From: Actinomycetes bacterium
Lineage (GTDB): Bacteria > Actinomycetota > Thermoleophilia > BMS3ABIN01
Assembly: GCA_021785935.1 (NCBI GenBank)
Contig: JAJYOG010000003.1
Coordinates: 12,829 to 76,828, forward strand
Direction of reading: 5' to 3'
DNA length: 64,000 nucleotides
The notes under the pieces were generated by a model that did not search any database, was not told where the DNA came from, and was given only the letters and a program-made list of their open reading frames with translations. How positions within the stretch are numbered: position 1 is the first letter of the stretch; the number at the start of each line of letters is the position of its first letter. This document shows positions 7,200-14,069 of the stretch, in pieces. The translations under genes were made by a program, and so were the position numbers.

Positions 7200-7765
7200 T
7201 ATTTGCAGAACTAAACAACCACCGGCTATAAGCCGGTGGGTTTACAGGCTGTCGATTGGAAATCGACTGTCATCGGCGATCTGCTCGCCTTCCTGTTCGT
7301 CAATGTACTCCTTGACCATCTCATCCGTGATCGCTCCCGAGCTTACCGCCAGATAGCCACGGGCCCAGAAATGCCTGCCCCAGAACTTTTTTCGCATCGT
7401 GGGAAACTCCTGAAGGAGCACCCTGGAGCTGATGCCCTTCAGCCACTGTACGATCTGACTTATGTTCTGGTTGGGCCGGTAGCTCACGAAGACGTGAATG
7501 TGGTCGCATGCAACCTTGCCGGAAATGATCTCCAGTTCGTGCTCCATGGCTATCTGCCTGATGAGGTCGCGCACACGAACGGCAATTTCTCCTTTTAGCA
7601 CCGGTTTGCGGTATTTCGTCACCCACACCAGATGCACTCTTAAGTCTGATTTCGTGTGCGCGCCCAGCCGGTAGTTTCGCATGCGACCACATTACACGAA
7701 AACTTGCTTCGCCTGAAGGCGAGGGATTTCAACCATCCCCGATGGGGACATTAATTACGTGCACG
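7200..7765 (-). mobile_element. IS200/IS605-family insertion sequence (boundaries approximate)
   Basis: A Y1 transposase gene is flanked by subterminal hairpins: CCACCGGCT-ATA-AGCCGGTGG (7219-7239), an imperfect CTTCGCC-TGAA-GGCGAGG (~7707-7723) and TCCCC-GAT-GGGGA (7736-7748). There are no terminal inverted repeats, as expected for this family. Confidence 0.6.
7242..7682 (-). CDS. tnpA: IS200/IS605-family Y1 (HUH) transposase TnpA
   Basis: 146 aa: HLVWVTKYRKPVL; the HUH motif is in DHIHVFVSY; ...FWARGYLAVSSG. Confidence 0.85.
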   Translation of the reverse strand: MRNYRLGAHTKSDLRVHLVWVTKYRKPVLKGEIAVRVRDLIRQIAMEHELEIISGKVACDHIHVFVSYRPNQNISQIVQWLKGISSRVLLQEFPTMRKKFWGRHFWARGYLAVSSGAITDEMVKEYIDEQEGEQIADDSRFPIDSL

Positions 7766-7772
7766 CGAACCA

Positions 7773-9665
7773 TCAACTCGTAAGGCCCAGCTCGCTCCTT
7801 TTCTTTTCTATGTGCTCTATCAGGGTATCCGCTGCCGCCACCGGGTCTTCTTCCACCAATACCCTGCCACCGGTCAAACCTTCGACGTCTGACGTGAGGA
7901 TGCCGGCGACCAACCCGCTGCCAGTGACCGGCGGCACCGGCGACAGATGGGTCAGGAGACCGTAGGCGACCGAGAAGAAAGCATCGGCGACCGCCTTCTG
8001 TTCCAGCCATTCGGGTGCGGAGACAACCACTGGCAGCTGAGGGATGTCAACATCCAGCTTTGCCGCGACGGCGGCTGTGACATCGGCGATCCTGCCTATG
8101 TCGGTGCAGGACCCAAAGGACAGCACCGGCGGCACGCCCAACGCATCGCACACTGCCTTAAGGCCGTCGCCCGCCAAAGCAGTGGATTCGGGACCGGTAA
8201 AACCGGCGTTCTGCAGTGTGGAGCTGGTGCAGCCGCCGCTGACGACCAGGATATCACTGGCTACCAGCTTCTCGGTGAGCTTGATGATGTTACATCCGCG
8301 CGTTTCGGGACTGGCGGTCGTGCAACCGACAACAGCCGCGATTCCCCTGATGCTGCCTGCGGCGATCGCGTCGACAAGCGGCTGGATATCGCCGCCCAGG
8401 GCGCCCAGCACGGACTCGGTGGAGAACCCGGCCACGGTCGTCATGCTCTCCTCGGGGACGTTGACCTCGCCGCGCTCACCAAACGCCTCGATGGCGCGCT
8501 CAAGGATCTGCCTGGCGGTCTCGTCGGCGGTTTCCGGCGTGTGCTCAAGACGTTCGACACCAGTCATACGCACCGCCTGGTCGGTCGTGACCAGCTTGGT
8601 CTTGAAACGCTCGGCATACTCGAGCAGGGAGGGAATCGAACAATTGTAGTCCATCATCACCAGGTCGACGGCACCGGTTCCCAGAGCGAACTCCTGGTGC
8701 AACCAGTTGCCCAGCTGACCCGCGAAAGCGCTGTCCTGCCGCTGCATCATTTCCTGACCTTCACACATCGAGCCATAGACCTTGATGCCTTCGGCTCCGG
8801 CCTGGCGGGCCATCGCATCGAATTCCTCAAGTCTGGCCATTATGGCAACGAGCGATGCCAGCAATGGCTGGTGGCCGTGACAGACGATGTTCACAAAATC
8901 CTCGTCCAGGATGCCAAGATTCACCGAACCGGCACCGATGCTGGACGTTCCCATGAGGATATCCTGAAGCGCGTTAATAACCGACAGGCCCGCATAGGAA
9001 TTGGCGATGGAGAGCTTCATCGCCGTCAACAGCATGTCGACCGGGTCATTGTTGACGCTGGTCATGCACTTCACCAGAGCCGTACGGATTTCCGAGTTCA
9101 CACCACCTGGCATAATCCCCAGCTCTTTCCACGCATCAACCCTTTTTGCCGGCGCGAAAGCTTCCGTGAGCATCATGGTCTCTTTGTCAGGCTTGTTGAT
9201 TTCGTCGATGATCAGGTTCGCGACCGCTTCCGCAACCTGGTTGGCAGGCTGTTCGGTGCTGATTCCCATGGAACCGGCGACAGCGTTGAGGCGCCCGACA
9301 TCCAGGATGCTGAAAACCGTCTCTTCCCTTGCCGCGGCCAGCAGAGCTCTGGCTACGTTCTCTGCGTGATATGTATTGCCGGCGGTGCCAATAGCTGCCT
9401 TCTGCAGGAGATTTCGGGCAACGATCAGGTCAGGAGAAGCGCCGCACACGCCAAAAGGGGATTTGGCAGTGATCTTGCAGGGCCCGTTGGAGCACAGGAC
9501 GCAGCAGCTCCCCTGAATGCCCTGCCGGCATTGGGGTTGTTGGGACTCGTAGCGGTCAAATACGGTGGTCATGCTGGCTTCCTGAAGGGTTTCGTCAGCG
9601 CTGCAAAGCGCCGCGTCGGAACAGAGTTTACCTTCACATTTTGATGCCGTGCTGTTTTCCTGCAT
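7773..9665 (-). CDS. cooS: CooS-like Ni-CO dehydrogenase catalytic subunit (prismane/CODH family)
   Basis: The N-terminal Cys pattern C-x7-CC-x2-C-x4-C (QPQCRQGIQGSCCVLCSNGPCKI...GVCGA) fits the D/B clusters. C-cluster-like positions are VCHGHQP, GSMCEG, YNCSIP, VGCTT, GGCTSS and GSCTD. The true start is possibly the internal Met (MTTVFDRYE). Confidence 0.7.
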   Translation of the reverse strand: MQENSTASKCEGKLCSDAALCSADETLQEASMTTVFDRYESQQPQCRQGIQGSCCVLCSNGPCKITAKSPFGVCGASPDLIVARNLLQKAAIGTAGNTYHAENVARALLAAAREETVFSILDVGRLNAVAGSMGISTEQPANQVAEAVANLIIDEINKPDKETMMLTEAFAPAKRVDAWKELGIMPGGVNSEIRTALVKCMTSVNNDPVDMLLTAMKLSIANSYAGLSVINALQDILMGTSSIGAGSVNLGILDEDFVNIVCHGHQPLLASLVAIMARLEEFDAMARQAGAEGIKVYGSMCEGQEMMQRQDSAFAGQLGNWLHQEFALGTGAVDLVMMDYNCSIPSLLEYAERFKTKLVTTDQAVRMTGVERLEHTPETADETARQILERAIEAFGERGEVNVPEESMTTVAGFSTESVLGALGGDIQPLVDAIAAGSIRGIAAVVGCTTASPETRGCNIIKLTEKLVASDILVVSGGCTSSTLQNAGFTGPESTALAGDGLKAVCDALGVPPVLSFGSCTDIGRIADVTAAVAAKLDVDIPQLPVVVSAPEWLEQKAVADAFFSVAYGLLTHLSPVPPVTGSGLVAGILTSDVEGLTGGRVLVEEDPVAAADTLIEHIEKKRSELGLTS

Positions 9666-9674
9666 TAGCTTTCT

Positions 9675-9807
9675 CCTTGTCAGTCATTACCCGATATCGC
9701 CGGCCGGAATTTTTACGACCGATGGATGACAAGGGTATTAAACTGTTTCCACTATGTCAATAGTGTTTACTATGAACGCACGGAAAGGCTATAATTCCCT
9801 GACAAGG
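9675..9807. promoter_or_regulatory. Divergent promoter region with repeated TGACAAGG boxes and a CACTAT-N4-ATAGTG dyad
   Basis: CCTTGTCA at 9675-9682 (inverted). TGACAAGG at 9727-9734 and 9800-9807. Perfect dyad CACTATGTCAATAGTG at 9750-9765. TATAAT at ~9790. Confidence 0.3.
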
Positions 9808-9821
9808 CAGATTGGGAAACG

Positions 9822-10505
9822 ATGAATGCAACCAGCGATGAAATAAACAGGCTTCTGGCGGATCCAACGCGGTTGAAGATCTACCGCTCGATCATCGCCG
9901 CCGGCGGCAAAGCAGTAACCGTTGCCGACATTGCCGCGGAATTTGATTTGCACCCCAACGTTGCCCGCATGCATCTGGAAAAGATGGCCGCCAGCGGGCT
10001 GCTCGAATCGGAGATTTTCAAGACATCTGGCGGTGGCCGGCCTGGACGCCGCTATACAATCGGGTCGGTGGTGACGTCGCAGTACCCACCCCGGGATTAC
10101 CAGTTGCTCGCATCGATCGCCCTCAGTGCCCTCGAAAGCGGTGGCAAACCGGAAGGCGTGGCTCTGAGGCGGGGAAGGGAGGAAGGGAAACTGGCTGTCG
10201 AGGCTAGTGGCCTGCCGGCAGAGAAGGCCAACATGGAACAGAAAATCACGAATTTTCGAAGACTAGTGGATGAACAGGGCCTTTTTGCCAATGTAACCCG
10301 CCTGGAGAAGAAGAAACTGGAAATCGAGGTCTTTAACTGCATCTTCCGGGAGCTGTCGCCCGGTCAGGAAATAGTATGCAATCTGCACCACAACCTCATC
10401 CGGGGAATCAGCGAATCTTTCTTCGGCAAGGTCCGCGTAACCGGTAAATCTGGCATCGCCAAGGGAGAAGGCAGCTGCCATTTCCTGATCAGATTTCTGT
10501 CCTAA
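9822..10505 (+). CDS. ArsR-type wHTH transcriptional regulator with a Cys/His-containing C-terminal domain
   Basis: LADPTRLKIYRSIIAAGGKAVTVADIAAEFDLHPNVARMHLEKMAASGLL is the wHTH. The C-terminus has CNLHHNL...GEGSCHF. The gene is divergent from the cooS-like gene. Confidence 0.7.
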   Translation: MNATSDEINRLLADPTRLKIYRSIIAAGGKAVTVADIAAEFDLHPNVARMHLEKMAASGLLESEIFKTSGGGRPGRRYTIGSVVTSQYPPRDYQLLASIALSALESGGKPEGVALRRGREEGKLAVEASGLPAEKANMEQKITNFRRLVDEQGLFANVTRLEKKKLEIEVFNCIFRELSPGQEIVCNLHHNLIRGISESFFGKVRVTGKSGIAKGEGSCHFLIRFLS

Positions 10506-10526
10506 GGTAACTCCAGCTTGGCCTTA

Positions 10527-11337
10527 CTACGTTCCCAAGCACAGGAAGTCACGATAACCGGCTGTGCCGCCACAATCCTCAGATGGGCACTTTCTGCGGC
10601 CACCAATGCAACGCGGATAACTGACACCTTCTTCCCGTGGCAGGATTTTCTCCAATAAGATTGTGTGTTCCCAGTCGTCGCCGAAATCGTAAAGGTATCG
10701 AGCTTGCTTTTTTTCTTCGGTGAACAGACGCGTAATCGGCACTTCCCAGCCGGCACGCACCTGCACCTCGAGAAAGAACTCATCGTCCGGAATACCGATA
10801 TGCTCAATCTGCTTGCCCGCGCTACGGATATCAAACTGATGCAGATGATAGTCAAGCCATAGCATCCTGGATTGCCACATGGAGATCCCAAAAACTGTAG
10901 GTTGCAGGTACCTGAATGCGTCGCCAGATAGGCGGCTTTGTATCTTTCGGGGTGATTTTAAACTGATACACAGCGCCAGCTCCCGGCCGCCGAACTGATT
11001 GGCCGGCAATACCAAGCTGTCGAGCAAGGACGTCATTCCGCTGACTCCACGATGCTATATATTCATCCATATGCAGAAATTGGGTGTACTTATGAAAAAC
11101 CGCCATATCAAGTTGACTGTGTCTTCCTTCTTCGATGGCTTTAATCTTGTACTGAGGCACCTTAAGTTGCGCCGCCACCTCTTTGATGGTGAGATCCAGT
11201 AGGTCGCGGGACTTCTGGAAGCGATGGGCCAGCGGCGAGTAACGAATGATTGCTTCCGCATTCGCCCCCATCCTTTCACAAGCATCGAAAAGATCAGGAC
11301 CCATTGCGTCGCGCATCATTTCGATTAGTTGTTCCAT
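10527..11337 (-). pseudogene. XRE-HTH plus pRiA4b-ORF3-like (PF07929-type) domain protein, frameshifted
   Basis: ORF 10852-11337 ends YQFKITPKDTKPPIWRRIQVPATYSFWDLHVAIQDAMA*. Overlapping ORF 10527-11036 continues ...LWLDYHLHQF...YLYDFGDDWEHTILLEKI...CPSEDCGGTAGYRDFL in another frame. The junction is at ~10855-10870. Confidence 0.6.
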
Positions 11338-11469
11338 GCCGAAATTGAGAATTAGCGAATCTTCCTGACCAGCACCCTTTTCAAATCAAAAAAGCCGTAT
11401 AATTCGCTTCCGGTTTTCCTCTCATCAGGTATGTGCCCGTTATCAGGCATCGAAAAAACGGCCGATTAT

Positions 11470-12657
11470 TTATTCTTCCCCTGCAAGACCGGAGTAACAG
11501 CGAAGCATGTATTTATCAAACTGGGGAACCGTGAACGCGGCATAACCGTGTCCAGGTGTGTAGAGAAGACCTTTTTCAATTAATCTGGCCCGGATCGGAC
11601 CTGCCTGTTCAGTAGTCCGATTGATGCGGCCGGCGACTTCACTCGCCCTGTGGGGTTCAGGTCCAAGCTCGGCCATGGCCAACAAATACCTAAGTTCCAA
11701 CTCCGTAGTGCGCTCCGCGCGAACTCGGAAAAAGCTATCATCGAGTTTTGCTTCAACCAGCGGCAAGACCAATTTGGCATCCCTTCTGGATATTGCAGGC
11801 CCAGAAGACTCATCCCATATGATCTTGCCATATTCCTGAAGAAAATACGGATACCCCTGCGTGTACTCAACGATGCACGAAACGGCTCTGGTCTCAAACT
11901 CAATGCCAAGACTCCTTGCAGGAAGAATCAGCGCATCTCTCGCGTCATCGGCCTTGAGCTTGCCGACCTGGGAAAATCTAAAAAGCCGCTCACTGTACGA
12001 TTTGGCTTCACCAGCAAGCCGAGGCATCTGGGGCAAACCTGCGCCCACCAGTGTCAGAGGAAGGGAGCGCCGGGTACACTTGTGCAAGGCCATGATCAAA
12101 GCTTCAAATTCTATCTGCTTGAGAAATTGAATCTCATCCAGCAGAAAGATAACCCCGATCTTTTTCTCTTTTGCCGCCGTCCCTAGGGCCACAAACAGGT
12201 CTGTCAGGTCTTCGGCGAGGTCGCCACTGTCACCGGAGCCGGTCAGGGCATCAACCTCGAGTCCCGCAGTAACCGCACCTTTCGGATTGAACGTCATCGA
12301 AAACGACTTGAGTATCGCGGCGGCCCTTCGAGCGCGAGCCGACCACCGTGCTTTGGGCGCAATTTGCAACAGAGCCCTACGCACGTTCGCTGATATCCTG
12401 GAGGCGAAAGCAGAGTTTTTCTCGACCTCCCATTCGACAGTTGCCCATTCTCTAGATTCTGCTTTTTCCCGGAAAACGTCGAGTAGCACCGTTTTGCCCA
12501 CGCCGCGCAGTCCCGTGATTATCATGGATTGCTCAGTGTAACCTCGTTCGAGGCGTTGCAGGAGTATATCGAACGACTTAAGTTCTTCGTCACGACCAGC
12601 GAGTACCGGCGGTTTCGTGCCAGCCCCAGGGGCATATGGGTTCTTGCGGGGGTCCAT
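11470..12657 (-). CDS. AAA-type ATPase (Arch_ATPase/AAA_16-like) with a C-terminal wHTH-like region
   Basis: 395 aa. Walker A is ITGLRGVGKTVLL. Walker B is GVIFLLDEIQ. Confidence 0.7.
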   Translation of the reverse strand: MDPRKNPYAPGAGTKPPVLAGRDEELKSFDILLQRLERGYTEQSMIITGLRGVGKTVLLDVFREKAESREWATVEWEVEKNSAFASRISANVRRALLQIAPKARWSARARRAAAILKSFSMTFNPKGAVTAGLEVDALTGSGDSGDLAEDLTDLFVALGTAAKEKKIGVIFLLDEIQFLKQIEFEALIMALHKCTRRSLPLTLVGAGLPQMPRLAGEAKSYSERLFRFSQVGKLKADDARDALILPARSLGIEFETRAVSCIVEYTQGYPYFLQEYGKIIWDESSGPAISRRDAKLVLPLVEAKLDDSFFRVRAERTTELELRYLLAMAELGPEPHRASEVAGRINRTTEQAGPIRARLIEKGLLYTPGHGYAAFTVPQFDKYMLRCYSGLAGEE

Positions 12658-12879
12658 TCAGCCGCTCCTTAACAGATTAAACGTATCTTATCTTTTTTTG
12701 ATAAGTCATGACTAGTCTGTAAATACTATTCAAACTATTTTCCATTCTATCCACGGATGGGAAGATGGGCATTTTCAAAAAAAATGATCACTGTAAAATG
12801 TGAAATATAGCAACAGAATTTCGAAGGCGAAAGCCAGATTTGCGAAAAAGTGTCTTTTGCAGGTAAATTGCGCTCTGAA

Positions 12880-12960
12880 GTTCGGGTCCTGCCAGGGGTT
12901 ACTATTTCGAGGAAGTTTTTTTGGCTTAACCAAGCCAATAACGAGGCACTGGATGTTGGT
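12880..12960. repeat. tRNA-end-like / hairpin repeat element, copy 4, merging into the 3' end of tRNA(CAU)
   Basis: GTTCGGGTCCTGCCAGGGGTTAC...TTGGCTTAACCAAGCCAATAACGAGGC..GATGTTGGT. The next bases (AG) continue into the tRNA body. Confidence 0.7.
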
Positions 12961-13033
12961 AGCGGTGGTAGGACTCGAACCTACGACACGCGGATTATGA
13001 TTCCGCTGCTCTGACCAGCTGAGCTACACCGCC
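12957..13033 (-). tRNA. tRNA with CAU anticodon (elongator Met or Ile2), CCA encoded
   Basis: rc: GGCGGTGTAGCTCAGCTGGTCAGAGCAGCGGAATCATAATCCGCGTGTCGTAGGTTCGAGTCCTACCACCGCTACCA. It folds as a cloverleaf by hand. The top acceptor pair is G1-U72. Confidence 0.85.
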
Positions 13034-13132
13034 ACGTTCGTGGTAAGTCCGGAGGATCCGGTTGAACGCAGGTGCGTAGTTCCCGGAGTCCCCGGCTGCG
13101 GCCATTAGCGGCCATTAGACTGGCCGAAAAAA

Positions 13133-13208
13133 TGGAGCCCGGTTACGGACTTGAACCGTAGACCCCCTCCTTACCATGGAGGTGCTCTACCAACTGAGCT
13201 AACCGGGC
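13133..13208 (-). tRNA. tRNA-Thr (GGU)
   Basis: rc: GCCCGGTTAGCTCAGTTGGTAGAGCACCTCCATGGTAAGGAGGGGGTCTACGGTTCAAGTCCGTAACCGGGCTCCA. Confidence 0.9.
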
Positions 13209-13211
13209 TGG

Positions 13212-13296
13212 TGGTGGAGGAGGCTGGATTCGAACCAGCGTAGGCGTCGCCAACGGATTTACAGTCCGCCCCCTTTAACCACTCGGGCACTCCTCC
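13212..13296 (-). tRNA. tRNA-Tyr (GUA), long variable arm
   Basis: rc: GGAGGAGTGCCCGAGTGGTTAAAGGGGGCGGACTGTAAATCCGTTGGCGACGCCTACGCTGGTTCGAATCCAGCCTCCTCCACCA. Only 3 nt separate it from tRNA-Thr. Confidence 0.85.
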
Positions 13297-13532
13297 AGAA
13301 AAATCATGCGCCGCGGAGTTCCGCGCGCATAAGGCGACAGCAAATATTAGGGAATGCTGGGACACTTTTCAAGCTTCCCGCATCGTGAAAATTATAACAT
13401 AGGGGCTCATTCGGCCGTTTGCGGGTATGCCTCCAGTGGTATTAACAGTATTAGGTTAGGAAATATTTAGTTCCTTGAACCCCGCCGAACCTGCTGGTAT
13501 CGTCTACATAGTAGGTTATTTCTGGAGTTTTT

Positions 13533-13820
13533 ATGGATTTACAATTAACATTACTTCTTTGCCTGGGGGCATTTCTACTGAACCTCCCCTTCGGCTATTA
13601 CCGCGCCGGAACCCGCAAGCTCACCTGGCAGTGGTTTGTCGCCATTCATCTGCCGGTGCCACTCATCTTTGTCGCCAGAATTACCAGCGGCGTCAGCTGG
13701 GAAGCGATCCCCTTCATTATCAGCTTTGACCTGGTGGGCCAGCTCGCCGGCGGCATGCTGCGGACAGCGCTCGGACGACGACCGGTAGCGAAAGAGATTA
13801 TCGTCAAGGAAGAAGACTAG
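13533..13820 (+). CDS. Small hydrophobic membrane protein, unknown function
   Basis: 95 aa with about 3 predicted hydrophobic helices by eye. Confidence 0.45.
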   Translation: MDLQLTLLLCLGAFLLNLPFGYYRAGTRKLTWQWFVAIHLPVPLIFVARITSGVSWEAIPFIISFDLVGQLAGGMLRTALGRRPVAKEIIVKEED

Positions 13821-13836
13821 AAGGAAAGAGAAGTAA

Positions 13837-13989
13837 ATGAACGTAAAGATAACCAACAAGTTCAGGAAACTATTTGGCGGCAAGCCGATTCCGCTCTGCT
13901 CGACGTGCAACTATGACTGGCGTTCGGCCTGCCGTAATCTAGAACGCCCCAAAGTCACTGAGTGCGACGAGTACGAAAAGCGCTACTAA
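13837..13989 (+). CDS. Small Cys-containing protein (50 aa), hypothetical
   Basis: Not in the ORF track (<60 aa): MNVKITNKFRKLFGGKPIPLCSTCNYDWRSACRNLERPKVTECDEYEKRY. It is preceded by AAGGAAAGAGAAG and followed by a strong hairpin. Confidence 0.35.
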   Translation: MNVKITNKFRKLFGGKPIPLCSTCNYDWRSACRNLERPKVTECDEYEKRY

Positions 13990-13990
13990 T

Positions 13991-14059
13991 AATTTCGGGG
14001 ACACAATACTAAATTACCGGATTCGTTTCAGAAGAATTTAGTATTGTGTCCCCGAAATT
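13991..14059. terminator. 25-bp perfect inverted repeat between convergent genes (bidirectional terminator-like)
   Basis: AATTTCGGGGACACAATACTAAATT (13991-14015), a 19-nt loop, then AATTTAGTATTGTGTCCCCGAAATT (14035-14059). CCCCGAAATT is then repeated once more. Confidence 0.6.
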
Positions 14060-14069
14060 CCCCGAAATT

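Noticed and set aside
7947-9644. 565-aa + strand ORF (and 8044-8649, 9001-9369) overlapping the cooS-like gene
   Set aside because: This is an antisense shadow ORF in GC-rich DNA. Its composition is Arg/Gly/Ala-rich and low-complexity with no motif, while the minus-strand frame carries the full CODH Cys/His pattern.
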